64,000 bases of DNA from Vicugna vicugna (lineage: Eukaryota). Both the position numbers and the translations under genes were made by a program. The notes beneath the pieces are model-generated. The model saw only the letters and a program-made list of their open reading frames with translations, was not told the DNA's origin and did no database searches. Of the stretch, positions 1 through 12,663 are shown piece by piece (position 1 is the stretch's first letter; each line of letters begins with the position of its first letter). Location of the stretch: contig MU058636.1 in assembly GCA_013265495.1 (NCBI GenBank), positions 9,356,239-9,420,238 of the forward strand, given 5' to 3'.

Positions 1-29
1 CTGAAAGGGTTACTAGACCAGCACAACAG

Positions 30-480
30 GAAGTGATAGATATGGTGACTCTGGAATTCAACAAGCCATTGGACATAACACCCAGTGGACATGCCGGGGA
101 AATTCGGGTTGGGTAAGTTTACAACTGAGTGTATTCAAAACTGATTTTTTCAGTGGTTGCAAAACATTCTGATTGATTTCTTTGGCCTCATCTGCCTCAC
201 GAGTTTAAGCAATGGGATGCTTATAAACATGGTGGTGACATGAAGCTGAGAGAGGTGGAACTGTGGGTTGACTGACAGAATACGGTCCAAAGGGACCCCT
301 TAGGCCACACTTTATATTTAGGGTGGAGAAATGTAAGGTCAGGAACTTGAATCCAAATATATAACTGATGAGACCAGGCTTACCAGTAGTATGTGTAAAA
401 AATGTTTTTAAATCCTTTAGATCAAAGTTAAGAGCAAGTTCAAAACGAGGTGGCAGTGCAGCAGAACTTTCAGAAAGTCT
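30..480 (+). mobile_element. Ancient CR1/L3 LINE RT fragment
   Basis: Degenerate segments resembling DFSKAFD, TKLGG..DR..IQ and KCKV of the CR1 reverse transcriptase. Confidence 0.55.
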
Positions 481-571
481 ATGTAGCTATTAACATAAAA
501 GTGTTGCATATCAAAGAGAGAGTGGCCCTGGTCAGAGAGACTTGGAATACCAAGTATATCTCACCCCCCAC

Positions 572-768
572 CTCAGTAATTTCATAACACCCCCCGAAAT
601 GTGGTATCTCTTCAGAAATTTTAGAAACAAAAGTCTTCACAAAGCAATGGGGAACTCCAAAGGCAACAGAAATTCCAAAATGAAGGACTGTAACGAGGCA
701 GCTTCCTTGATGAATGATGATGGTTTGAGGATCTGGAGTAGCATCATCAGAGACCAGTTGTTGACACA
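572..768 (-). pseudogene. Candidate further exon (open frame, ends GGCYEITE)
   Basis: ttccctag| acceptor, gtgggg/gtgaga donors. GGCYEI resembles KGCERI. Confidence 0.45.
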
Positions 769-1101
769 CTAGGGAAGATCAAGTTTTACAAAGGCCTGCC
801 CACTCCCCTCAGGGAAATGCACAGAAAGTTGCCGACCCGACCTCAAGCAATGGAAAGGGTAGGGGTGGTGGAAGGGCTTCACGGCCAGTGCACTTGAACT
901 CTGTATGACCTCCTTCTCCATTGCACACTACTGGCACGTAAGCAAAAGACTCGAGAGCATAGGTGTGTTCACTCCTTTGCAAAATTTTCCTTTTTTGTTT
1001 TTCCCACCTTTCAGAGCAGTTTTTCTCAAAATGAGATCCTTAAGAGAAATTGTCTTGAGCTGCTTCAGCTGCCCAGCTGAATGTCTCAGCAAGAAAATTA
1101 C

Positions 1102-1950
1102 CTGAAAATTGAAAACTTTAAATCTCTCTCCTATAAAGGAACTCTCTGGATCAGGGGTGATATGTACAATTTGTGTTTACTGTGTCTCTCAAGCTTCACA
1201 TCTTTTCTTAAGCCCTATGTCCAAAACTGTAGCAAAGGAATATTCTTCGGAGGTGAGCTTTGGGCCCGTGCTTAGTGTAGAATGCAGTGCCAGGAGCATA
1301 TTTGCAAAAGCACAGAGTTACTTTTGAGAAACTGAACATGCAGATGGACAATGGCTGGGCCATATGTGGAAACAGAACTGAGCCACCACTTGCCCAAAAC
1401 AAGCCAACCCCCTTATCTACATGAACAGCCCAGGAGGCCAGCCTGCTAGAGGAAAGACTTCCAGGGGGCCAGATTGCCATCCCTAGTAACAACCCAGGAA
1501 GCTAAGCAATTACCTCCACGGCATTCAGCCCCGAAAGGCCAGGACCTAATTAGCACTTGACAGTTTTTTAACTTTTGTCCCCACTTCCAACTTAGAACCA
1601 ACAGAGAAAGCTCAGACAGGCCCTTAACCAATCACAGAGGATGCGTGCTCCTGTCAGCCTGCCTACAGCTTCCCCATGCCGATGGCCTCCACTCAGGATG
1701 GACGAGAGCCTTGCTTTTACTCCACTATAGAGCTTTCCCATTCCTCTGCCTGCCTTTGAGCCTCTGTCAAAAGCAAGTGATGGTGGTTGACTCCTGTGCT
1801 GTAGCAAGCTCTGAATAAATGCCCTCAGCTTTTCTCATTAGGTTGGCCTTTATTTATTTCCACACTTCTAACTTCCAAGAGGAGTGTGACAACTCGTGCA
1901 GGGTCTCTGGGGCTAACGAATGTGGTCCGAATGAGAAAGTCAAGGGAATA
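1102..1950 (-). pseudogene. Unit-2 exon split by an LTR (1950-1892 + 1319-1102)
   Basis: cttcag|YSLDFLIRTTFVSPRDPAR-[LTR]-VTLCFCKYAPGTAF..., later shifted PDPESSFIGERFK..|gtaatt, cf. DWIRVGLCYPRGTTF...WDEDSGLLFLKLK. Confidence 0.72.
1325..1891 (+). mobile_element. Solo LTR, ERVL-class (MER54/MER74-like; subfamily uncertain)
   Basis: TG...CA ends, internal AATAAA, degenerate 5-bp TSD acttt/actcg. Confidence 0.7.
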
Positions 1951-2060
1951 CTGAAGTGTTCCATTGCAGAAATTATCAAATATTTCAAGCTGATAATGTA
2001 AAATAACACTACAACTAAAGAGCAAGCAGTGCCTTTTCAAGTGGTTTGCTTTTCACTCAC

Positions 2061-2647
2061 AAGCCTGACTGAATCAGGTCAAGATGACAGGGCATCGTCC
2101 AGAAGAGACCACGCTGTTAGACTGAAAACAGCCACACGTGCAGGCCGTGCGAGACAGGCAACTGTGGCTGGCTGTTTCCTCCAGGAATGTATAATTAAAA
2201 AAGAAATATGTTGCCAGAACAGAACAGCTGGAATACAAACACAAGAGTTTTAAATTTCATTCCTAGGCCTATAATATTAGTAAACCAAGAAAGGGACAGG
2301 CTTCTCTGTATATTGCATATTGAACTTCCCAAACAGGATTAAAGGGCTCAAGTTACAATCATTAAAAAGATGAGACAAATGAAAACCAAAGGATGTTTAA
2401 AATGGTGATTTATACAAGTCTAATAATCTAAGAATGTCCTTCTTTTGCCAAGATGCCTGTAATTAGCCGCTGTATTCTAGGACAAGAGGTCACAGTGCAG
2501 CTCAGGATGTAAGAAGTCTTCTGTTGTACCACACTTCAGGGAAAAAGAACATGAGATTATTTTACTTTGAGTCAAAATAATTACATTCACTCCGAGTTAT
2601 TAAGTAGGATGAACTGATTATAGGAAACCATTTGTTCATAGCCAATT
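2061..2647 (-). pseudogene. Two unit-2 exons (2647-2530; 2227-2061)
   Basis: SSYLITRSECNYFDSK*N (cf. NWLVRHPDC..PDW); GRCPVIL..|gtgagt preceding YSLDF (cf. YQPVVTLQKGYTIHW). Confidence 0.6.
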
Positions 2648-3129
2648 CTAAAGGCCCACCATGTGCCAGCCATGTGTTGGGAGCTGGAGTTGGAAATAGT
2701 GTGAAAATAAACACGTACAGATACAACAGGACATGTACAAGTGCCAAGATGACAATGCCTGTCATTTCTCAATATGTATTTACTAAAAGGTTAACCGGCT
2801 GCCCAACAAAGAGAAAATCGTGTCTAGAAGGACGAGAGAAGGCTTCCTGGCTGCTGGACCAAGGAGCCACTGTTAGTGAAGTACCACAGGCCTGCATTTG
2901 TACAGCTGCCTTTTCAACAACGTGGCCCCAACCCACTATTTTTGGGGTGGGGTAGGAAAAAGCTGCTTTGATTTCTGACCCCTACTTTGATTCCCAACCC
3001 CTACTCTGAGGCAAAATAAACCATGATAGGCCATCAACAACTGACTGCACCAGGTACCCGTGCGTGAGCTAAAGCATCCGTATGTGGGTTGGGTACCAGG
3101 CAAATGACCTATCTCTGAGCCTCTGTTCT

Positions 3130-3650
3130 CTGTACTCATCTTCTCTTGCTGCCATAATAAATTACCACAGCTTAAAACAACAGCCATTTATTATCTCAGT
3201 TTCTGTAGGCAGAAGTCCCAGAGCAGTGGGGCTCAGCTGGCCTTCTGCGTGGGTCTCACAGCACTGAAATTAAGACGTCCACACGACTGCATTCCAGGTC
3301 TCTGTTTCCTTATTGGCTGTCCCAGGGAGTAGGGTTGCCTGCGTTCCCAAGTTCATGGTCCCCTTCCTCCATCACCAAAGCCAGCAAACATAGGTCAAGT
3401 CCTTCCCCTGTTTCCACATCTTTTCCACTTCCTCTGACTCTGGTGCATCTCTGACTGCCACTTCTGCCTCCCCCTTCCACTTTTAAGAGCTCATGTGATT
3501 ATATTGGGCCCACCTGGTAATCTAGGCTAACCTATTTTAAGATCTGTAAAGTTCATCTCATCTGCCATTTTGCCATGTGGGCTAATGTGTTTGAAGTTTC
3601 CGAGGACAGGGGCTTGGACATCTGTGGAGGGCCATTATTCTGCCTACCAC
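3130..3650 (+). mobile_element. MaLR LTR (MLT1-like)
   Basis: Typical ttgctgcc.taa..aattaccac..gcttaaaacaac start and gccattattctgcctaccaca end. Confidence 0.75.
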
Positions 3651-3689
3651 AGCCTCCCCTGAAACCTCCACAATATAGTTGTTTCATAC

Positions 3690-3985
3690 CTACATAGAGT
3701 GACACTAAGCCACTGCCACTAAAGCTTCTCTTTTAGGTGAACCAAGATAAAGCATTTTCTTAAAGCTCTGGTTATTGTCCCCAAAAATGTAAAGCTATTT
3801 TTCTAGCTCACTGTGAAGCGCCTATATATGTCCCAAACAGGGAAGAAATGAAACCTTGAGTGACATTGGCTTCTAGCCACAGTCCTGTATATCTTTGTAA
3901 AAATTCTCCAGTAATTCTAAGCCTAGCTGTAATCTGAGCTTATAACTATTTCTAGCAAGCTTGATGAATGGATGCATACAATATA
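3690..3985 (-). pseudogene. Two unit-2 exon remnants (~3985-3856; 3821-3690)
   Basis: DIQDC then, shifted, ANVT (cf. WQSCPHNNVT); tatag|...YIFGDNNQSF...|gtatga (cf. RVFFGEPGPWF). Confidence 0.55.
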
Positions 3986-4059
3986 AAAGTCAAATCTGAG
4001 CTGTGTCTTAAAAGGTAAAATAGGAACTTTTAGGGGGAAGTAATATTATTGAAGCCCTT

Positions 4060-4090
4060 TATATGTTAAGAGCTATGATATATGTGTATA

Positions 4091-4138
<48 letters not shown>

Positions 4139-4692
4139 CCCTCCAACAACACGGATTGAACTGTGCATGTCCACTTGCATGCAGATTTTTTTCAACAGTA
4201 AGTACTGCAGTATTACACCACTGTTGTTTGGTTGAATCTGTGGGTGTGGAACCCAGAGTACCATAGATATGCAGGAACTGTGTATACACAGGGCTGACTG
4301 CAAGTTATACGTGAATTTTTTAAAATTGGTTCATATGATTATGAAGGCCAGCAAGTCCCAAATCTGCAGGGTGCGCCAACAGGCTGGAGATCCAGGGAAG
4401 AACCAATTACAGTTGCAGTTCAGATCTGAAGGACGTCAGTTGGCAAAATTCCTTGTGGCTTTGGGTGGGGATAGGGGTGAGGCATGAATATCAGTTTTTT
4501 GTTCTATTCAGCCTTCAGCTAATCGGCTGAAGCCCATCCACATTACATAGGGCAATCTGCTTTACTATATAAGTCCACAGATTTAAATGTAAATTTCATC
4601 CAAAAACAGCCTCACAGAAACATCCAGAATGTTTGACCAAATATTTGGGCACTGTGGCCCAGCCAATTTGACACATACAATTTTAACCATCT
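4060..4692 (+). mobile_element. MLT2-like LTR with a nested Tigger/MER8-like DNA element (~4138-4320) and (CA)n
   Basis: ggcactgtggcccagccaa.ttgacacata.aattttaaccatc end motif; Tigger-like ttgaactgtgc..gtccactt. Confidence 0.65.
4093..4135. repeat. (CA)n microsatellite
   Basis: About 21 uninterrupted CA units. Confidence 0.95.
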
Positions 4693-4699
4693 CAAGCAA

Positions 4700-4800
4700 G
4701 TTATCAATGATTCATATTTCATCAGCTTCAAAGGTCCTGTCATATTTGTATTTTGTGGTCTTTTTTTAATCAGTGTTTGGTGAAGAGAGGGGAACTCTAA
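4700..4800 (-). pseudogene. Exon remnant: unit-2 IQxYDGP motif
   Basis: ATA CAA A TAT GAC A GGA CCT TTG AAG CTG (4751-4723) = IQ-YD-GPLKL with small indels, cf. GIQLYDGPINI / FQIYDGPIHL. Confidence 0.65.
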
Positions 4801-4849
4801 ATATCCAATTAAACTTCTTGATGGCATTCTAGAAAAAAGAAGTCAATTT

Positions 4850-5860
4850 TTTACTCAGGTGGATCTAGCATTAAAGTCTTAAAAAAAAAAAAAAGAAAGA
4901 AGAAGAAGAAATTATAGAAGTACTAGAAGAAAACATGGGTGAATTTTTACACCATATTAATAATATTATATAACAGTTCCCAAGCCCCCAAAGATTGACA
5001 ACTTTGATTATATTAAAAAGGAAAAGAAAAAAACTTTTAATGTATGTCTAACGAAAGTCTAATTTCCTTAATATCCAAAGAACAGTAAATTAGGAAGAAA
5101 AAATTCAGTAATGACATAGAAAATTGGACAAAAGTCTTGACTGGTCTTCAGCAAAATAAGAAAACTGCAACTTCTTAAAACTCTAAGAAGAGAACATTTT
5201 TCACAATTAACAAAAATCAAATTTTGATGAGACATTGCATGTGGAGGAAATGTGAAACAGAATGAATGCACTGCTGCTCTGGGTGTATATTGTTACAGCT
5301 TTCTGGAGGTCAATTTGAAAACATGCAATAAAAGCGAAATGCTTTGCATTGCTTTGACTCAGCAGTTCTATTGCTCAGAAGTTATCCTATACATAGTCTC
5401 TCACATGTGCACAAAGACATATGTAGCAAGGATATTTATTACAGCAGCTGCTTGCAAGAGCAAAATGCTTAAAAACAACATAAATGTACATTATTAAACA
5501 TTTGTTAAGGCAACGCCAGTCCACCCACACAATTAAAATACTGGCAGATATTTTTTAAAGTCATCTCTATATGTACTAAAATGGGATGATTTCTAGAATA
5601 CAGTAATGAGTAAAAAAAGCAAGATACAGAAAGTATGTACAGTATATTTCTGTGTCTGTAAATTAAAGGGGGTGATGAAATAAATGGTATGGCTCTACAG
5701 AAGGATGCTCAAAAAACTGGGTAAAGTGATGAGAAACTAAGGACTGTGGGACAAAATGGGAAGAAAACAACTCACTACTGTATATTATTCCATACATTTT
5801 AATATTGTGCACCATGTGTATATATCACCTCTTCTAAATGAATAAATACATTCAACATGA
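4850..5860 (+). mobile_element. Old L1 (L1M-type) ORF2 end / 3' UTR fragments
   Basis: Degenerate L1 3' motifs (ctagaagaaaacatggg, ctttctggagg.caattt). Confidence 0.55.
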
Positions 5861-6044
5861 TTGGAAATTTTGTGGGCAGAAAATTTACAAAACCAAATTG
5901 TAAAAGAAATGTTATTATGTCAATAGGAGCTAGTGATAATAATATTGCATATGCTGTTCATAGCATCCTTGGAGAGCTGAAGACTGGATATAAGAAGTCT
6001 TCATATGCATATATGTATATATATATGTGATATTAAAAACTTGA

Positions 6045-6750
6045 GAAAAAAATGTCAAGCAAGATATTGCAATTTCTGGACCAATAAGTTTGGGAATAGT
6101 TTATGATACATTTAGTCAACAATGAGCTGAACACAGTTTTACCTAAGCAGTAATGACAATGGAAAGAAGGCAAAAAAAATCCCTTATTTCCTGCACTCAA
6201 GACACTTAAAACTTAATAGACTAATGGGTCTAAGATAACAAGAAAGATAAAAAAAAAATGAATATGAAGCACAGATTAAATTGACTTGGAGTGGCTCAAC
6301 CAACACTGATACGTTATTGTAGAGAAGTCCCACAGAAATTAAAATCTTGACCCTCTCTGACTTTCAAGACTTCAATAACTCCTTGATAAAGACCCAACTT
6401 TTCTTGTTCAAGTGCAGTTTTCAGCTATGACCAATGGTTCCCTGTTACCCATGATTGCTCATGTGGTTTCCATTAGCTGGGAACACTCTGTCCTGACCTA
6501 GCACATCACATGGATGTGCAGCTGTCAAACAGCCAGCAATGCAGCCCAAAGGGCTAGGAGGTCTTGTCAGGCTGCCGTAGGAGCAGTGGGTTCTATAAAT
6601 GATGCACAAAATGCTTCATGAAATATTTTGTAATCGTTATCAGGAACATCTCTTTGCAGCTCCAAAGGATTAAAGAACACAACAATTGACTACAGATATT
6701 CTCATATGTAATGCAAACATGGAGACAATTCCACATATTGTAGCTTATGT
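6045..6750 (-). pseudogene. Three unit-2 beta-helix exon remnants (6750-~6640, 6497-~6340, 6142-~6045)
   Basis: CGIVSMF/ITYEN/VVNC..S.GA (cf. CMAVSTFWIAHPNNNLINNAAAGSQDAG); REPLVI..HLNKKSWVFI (cf. TPLGIFYNNRVHSNFKAGLFI); INYSQTYWSRNCNILLD (cf. KNQDHGAWLRGGDVWLD). Confidence 0.72.
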
Positions 6751-6889
6751 CTAATCCACCCTTTTCCAGGATTTTTAACTTAGTAGAAAAAAAAACCCTC
6801 TACAATAATGTTTCCAGATGTACATTTTTTTTTTGCTATCTCCTACATTGACTCACACATTCCATTGACTTACACATATTCTATTTATA

Positions 6890-7398
6890 GTTGGGAAGAA
6901 AATCTGACTCCATATTAGATCTATTCCTTTTGCTCTAACCCTGTGTTCTGTTTTCTGTGCTTAGTCATGCTGGTTCTGCATCTTTTGTAAAAGAAGATTG
7001 CTTATAACCTCAAATATACAGGGAAGCCCATTCTCAAGGCTCTGAATTTTAAGGGTATAACACTTTCCCATTCATATAAAGATAAAATAGGAATAGGAAA
7101 TAACATTTGTCTTGTTGGAGTTTTACAGGGACACCATGACCTGACCCACGTGGACAGCTGCAAGAACAAAGGATTCTGACACCAAGAAGTTTGCAACAAC
7201 CAAACACATCCCCTCCCCTTTTTAGTATTAAAGGAGCCTGAATTCTGACTTGGGGAAGATGGTTCTCTGGGACATTAGTCCCCCATCTTCTCGGTCTGCT
7301 GGCTTTCCAAATAAAGTTGTTATTCCTTGCCCCAATACCTCATCTCCAGATGTATTGGCCTGTCATGTGGTAAGCAGAACGAGTTTGGATTAGGTAAT
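6890..7398 (+). mobile_element. ERV solo LTR
   Basis: tctgactccatattag start, aataaagttg..attccttgccc, terminal ..ggtaa typical of ERV1-type LTRs. Confidence 0.65.
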
Positions 7399-7546
7399 AT
7401 GTTTACAGTGGAAGATTAATAAAACCTTCAACTTTGGTTTAAAATTGGATTGAAAGACAGTGCTGTCAACATTTTATTTAAAATTTGAGCTTCTTTTCCA
7501 AAAACTCAAAAAGGATTCAAACACAGTCATCTCAGATGTGTAGATC

Positions 7547-7765
7547 AGGGGTCAGTAATCTATGGCCCGTGAGCCAAATCTAGCCCATCATCTGATTTTG
7601 TAAATAAAATGTATTTGGAACACAGCCACTGTCAGTTGCTCACATATTTCCCATGGCGCTTCCATACTGTTATAGCCAAGTGGAGTAGTTGCCATGGAGA
7701 CCAAATGACCTGCAATATGAAATATTTACTGCCTGGTCCTTTAAGAAAAAGTTTGCTTACCCCTG
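7547..7765. mobile_element. MER58-like hAT DNA transposon
   Basis: Inverted termini caggggtcag...ttacccctg with typical interior. Confidence 0.75.
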
Positions 7766-8726
7766 ATTGAGACTCATGGAGTGAGAGCCTGAAATGTCCA
7801 GAAAAACTTCTGATTCTTAGCTATGTGATTACATCAGTGATAATTAAGAGTCTCACTCTGATAATCGCTAGGATAATGACCAGGCTTGGGTTTCAATCCT
7901 GCGTCTAGCATGCATTTGCATATTTAATCAAGTTACTTATTCTCTTGGTTCCTATTTTCTCATCTGTAATGCAAAGGTAATAATACCCAGGGTGCAAGGT
8001 TATTGTGAGAATTATAAAGAGGTGCCATTTATAATAACCACAGGGCAAGGTAGAGAAGCCAAAGGATAAGAATCCAGCTGTCTCAAAGAATGTACCTTTC
8101 TGGAGGTTCAAGTTTGTATTAGGCTTAAGACAACAACCATTTTATTATATCATAATTTTGCGGATGAGAGAGTCAGGCAGAGCTTAGCTGAGTGACTCCA
8201 TTGTTCTATATGGCATTGACTGGATGGCTGGTCTGGAGGTTTCAGATAGCTTTGCCCCTGTGTGACTTGGTAGGGTAGCTCAGAAGGCTGGGCTCAGCTC
8301 AGACTGTCAAGTGGAGAACCCACATGTGGCCTCTCTGGCCTGGCAGTCCTGGTGTAGGTGGACTTATCAGAGGGCAGCTCAGGGTTGCAGAGACAGTGTT
8401 TCAGAGACAAAAGCAGAAGCAGAAAGACATCTTATGACCAAGCTGGGGAGGTACGGAGTGTCACTTCCACCACCCTCAAGCACGTCTCTAAGGCCAGACT
8501 GTATCTCTCAATGGGAAGCATCACAAAGAAATTGTGGCCATCACTAACCTAACATGCTCCATTTTATATACATAAAATAATTTCACTAAATCTACCACCA
8601 AAGTAACAAGAATCAGATTCAGCCAAAGAATGGGGGATTTAGCATTGAAGGATGCTGGTTTACATTAATTTGCTGCTTTTCTTCAAATTATTTTGGCAGC
8701 ATTTAAACACAGTTTGTCCCTCCTAA

Positions 8727-9165
8727 TGAGACAGGCTGGGACCCGGGACCTGGGACCCTTTACTGCAGAGCTTGCACCTGCACAGATGTTTTCTTGAGCG
8801 ATGGGACACAGAGAAATGATAAAATAACAGCATGCAGGCGCCGTTGGGGTAAATTATAAATAACAAAATACAAAAAGGCCAAAACAGGGGACTGTGCATG
8901 ATCCCTGCATACCACCAAGCACCACCAAGGGGGTGGGCAGACCACCTAAGCTGCCCTCTGGTTCAACTCATGGACCTGCCCCAAACCTTATCCTATTTAA
9001 GGACGGGTTCATCCCCCACCTCAATAAGCGAGCGAGGGCACCTGTCACTCGTTCTCGCTCCCTCATGCTGCAGCGAGAGTCCCAGGAAAGTCTTGCCTGA
9101 ATTTCTCATCTGGCCTCTTATCAATTTCCATTGATTAAAGGGTCCAAGAACCAAGGTCGGTAACA
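8727..9165 (+). mobile_element. ERV1 solo LTR with perfect 4-bp TSD
   Basis: ctaa|TGAGACAGGC...GGTAACA|ctaa. Confidence 0.85.
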
Positions 9166-9223
9166 CTAACAACCCAAGAGGCTGGACTTCTCAATACCTC
9201 CATTTGTATTTTCTAGAATTTAC

Positions 9224-9370
9224 CTGATCAGCTGAGCCACCGTGTTCTTGTTACACCTACAAAATGGGCAAAAGAAAGGTGTTGTCCTCTTCCAAGCAAA
9301 TAAGGAGAGTGTACCCAAAAATAGGAAGGGTTTTAGCCATATTGGAGAAGTTATTTTGAGCAATTTGGAA
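9224..9370 (-). pseudogene. Exon remnant: unit-2 EEDNTF motif
   Basis: FGYTLLICLEEDNTF then, shifted, AHFVGV...ADQ|gtaaat, cf. CEMIP LGHCFFTEDGPEERNTFDHCLGL...SDR. Acceptor not identified. Confidence 0.65.
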
Positions 9371-9992
9371 TGGAAAGTTGTAGCCATTGACTATCTTTTT
9401 TTCTTTCCTTAGTTGTGGAAATATAATTTGCACTTAGATTTTTAAATCCATTTTTGATTCCAGATGTGTTGCCAGGGATCCGTGATGGTGATGCATTCAG
9501 TGTTATGTCATTGAGCAGATTTTAGTGGGTGGGTCTATTAAGAAGTACAGTGAAACTAAATTGGAAAAGTGAAGGTCAGCCCATGTGCTGAACAGATGTT
9601 AGATCCAAAATAGACACAAGGGCCCCAGGGCTTCTCTGAGGCAGAAGCACTGTGGAATAAGGTAACAGCCTCACTTTTGGTGTTTTCTCGCAAATTGTGA
9701 AAACTTCAAGAACTGTGATGGAAGGGAGGAGCTGAAGTTTTATGTGTGAGAAAGAGTATCATTTTCCAAATGAGAAAAATAACTCAAAACTACTTTGGAA
9801 ACTCCATTTGCACAAATTTATGGCAAACTGTTTTCATAAGATGTACTTTCCTTTTAAAAATGTCACTCTGACACATAAAAGAAAGAATTTTTTACTCGTG
9901 TTTATTGCATTTGTGTCACTTTAACGGGCATAGCTGAGTGGTTGGATGGGAGAAGGGCCAGTAAAATCCTTGTAGTATAATAGGGCTAAAAT

Positions 9993-10935
9993 TCAGAAGA
10001 CCTAAATAGACATTTCTCCAAAGAAGACATACAGATAGCCAATAGGCACATGAAAAGATGCTCAACATCACTAATTATCAGAGAAATGCAAATCAAAACT
10101 ACAGTGAGGTCTCACCTCATACCAGTCAGAATGGCCATCATTCAAAAGTCCACAAATGATAAATGCTGGAGAGGCTGTGGAGAAAAAGTAACCCTCCTAC
10201 ACTGTTGGTGGGAATGTAATTTGGTGCAGGCACTGCAGAAGATAGTATGGAAGTTCTTTAAAAAACTAAAAATAGACTGACCATATGATCCAAGAATCCC
10301 ACTCCTGCACATATATCCAGAAAAAAAAAAACTGTAATTCGAAAAGACATGTACTCCAATGTACACAGCAGCACTATTTGCAATAGCCAAGACATGGAAG
10401 TGTCCATTGACAGATGAATGGATAAAGAAGTTGTGGTATATTTATACAATGAAATACTACTCAGCTATAAAAAAAAAGAATAAAATAATGCCATTTGCAG
10501 CAACATGATTGGGCCTGGAGATTTTCATTCTAAGTGAAGTAAGCCAGAAAGAAAAAGGAAAATACCATATAATATCACTTATATGTGGAATCTAAAAAAA
10601 GACACAAATGAAATTTTCTACAAAACAGAAAAAGACTCATGGACATAGAAAACAAACTTTTGGTCACCGAGGGAAAGGGGGTAGGAAGGGATAAATTGGG
10701 AGTTCAAGATTTGCGGATATTAACTACTCCATATAATACAGGTAAATAACAAGTTTCTACTGTACAGCAGAGGGAACTGTATTCAATATCTTGAAGTAAC
10801 CTATAGTGAAAAAGAATATGAAAAGGAACATATGTTTGTTTATGTATGACTGAAACATTATGCTGTACAAGAGAAGTGGAGAAAACATTGTAAACTGACT
10901 ATACTTCAATTAAAAAAATAGTAAAAAAAAAAAAA
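9993..10935 (+). mobile_element. 5'-truncated L1 (ORF2 C-terminus, 3' UTR, polyA)
   Basis: [18 protein letters not shown]...[11 protein letters not shown]2 motif; A-tail at ~10910-10935. Confidence 0.93.
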
Positions 10936-11182
10936 CACACCCAGTTATTTTAATCCCTAGTGATTCACTTGTTGAGAAAATCAGGCCAACCATGGATACT
11001 TTAAGATTAACAGCATTTCTAAACAATGCTTCCTAAAAGAGTGTTCATTAATCACATCAGCAGTGAATAGTTTTCAGTTTCAATAAAGCAAATTCTTACT
11101 CTCACTTTTTTTTCCTTTGGGAATGTGACCCATTTAAGAGAACTTACAATGAAATCACTAAAATGTTTACCATTATTTATTT

Positions 11183-11305
11183 TGGGAGGGAGGAAATAAT
11201 TAGATTTTATTTGGTTATTTATTTATATGGCAGTACTGGGGATTGAACCCAGGATCTCATGCACATGCTAAGCATGCACTCTACCACTGAGGTGTACCCT
11301 CTCCT
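11183..11305 (-). mobile_element. tRNA-derived SINE (camelid Vic-1 type)
   Basis: ggggattgaacccagg...gcatgcactctaccactgag. Confidence 0.85.
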
Positions 11306-12007
11306 TAACCATTAATTATTAAATATTGTTATTTTAAAATTTAAATCATAAAAATTGTTGAGTTTATCATTTAAGATATAATAAAATAAACTGGAAACCA
11401 AATTTTGCTTTCAAAAAAAAATATTGGCTCTTTAGCTAGAAATGTTTTGGTTGTGAGGCTGACTCAGTGCGAAGATCTAAGTTTGGCACACAACTTATAT
11501 CCTCACCCTGAAGAATGCCATTCATTTCTGTTCTTTTTTTCTAGAAAAAGCAAAACTCATTTAGAAAGCATTATATGTATCTAAATATACATGAACATGA
11601 TTATATACATATATGAAACTGCAAATTTATGGCATTCTAAATAATTTAGTTAAGTACAGTTTGGGCATTTAAATAAAAACTAAATCAAGCTTTAAGCTAA
11701 TAGGAACATCATTTTTATTTTCAACCTTTTAACTATAAAAAGGCAGCCAAACCCAAAGCACAGATCAGAAAATTCTCATTTAATAGAGATTATTTTGAAA
11801 AATAAACAATCTGTAATCAGGTGGCTTTCTATCCCACACTAGAATGTAAATAAAGCCTCTTTCCCCGATGTATATTCCAAACTTTGTAACAACCTAAAAA
11901 CTGTTCGAATCTATGAAAAAACCTACCATGTACAATTTAAACTACCTGGGAGAGGGAAGGGGAGGGGATCAATAATCAAAGCCAGTTGCAAACAGATGAG
12001 AGACTCT

Positions 12008-12663
12008 TGTGATACAGGAAAATGTGCAGCGAGAGGATGGCCATGTTCCAGGTCTCAGTTGAATTCCTGGGACGTGCCCTGCCGGGTTTGGGTCCTCGGC
12101 TTCATGCAGGAAAGAATTCAAGAGCAAGCCATAGTTGAGTAAAAGTAGATTTATTCAGAGAGATGCATACTCCATAGACAGAGTGCAGGCTGTCTCAGGA
12201 GGCAAGAGAAAGGCCATGAGGCATGGGGCTGGGTGCTTAGTCTAAAGCAAGAGTAGATACACACTCCATAGACAGAGTTGGGTCCATCTCTCTCAGAAGG
12301 GAGAGCGGCCATGAGGTGTGAGGGTTGTTAGTTTTTATGGGCTTGGTAACTTCATACGCTAACAAATCAGAGGATTATTCCAACTACTTTTGGGAAGGGG
12401 TGGGGATTCCCAGGAATTGGGCCAACAACCGCTTTTGACCTTTTATGGTCAGCCTCAGATCTGTCATGGCACCTGTGGGAGTGCCATTTACTGTGCTAGA
12501 ATATTATGATGAGTGTATAATGAAGCTCAAGGTCTATTGGAAGCCAAATTTCCCACCATTTTGGGCCTCAGAGCCTACTGGGAGATGAATTTTCCACCAT
12601 TGGTGTTAATTGTTGTGTCATTCTTTAACTGGCTGTGCCCAGCCCCCTTCCTTCCTATCTCAC
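12008..12663 (+). mobile_element. ERV LTR (orientation uncertain)
   Basis: tg...ca bounded, internal repeated acactccatagacagag, aaagaattcaagagc motif. Confidence 0.65.
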
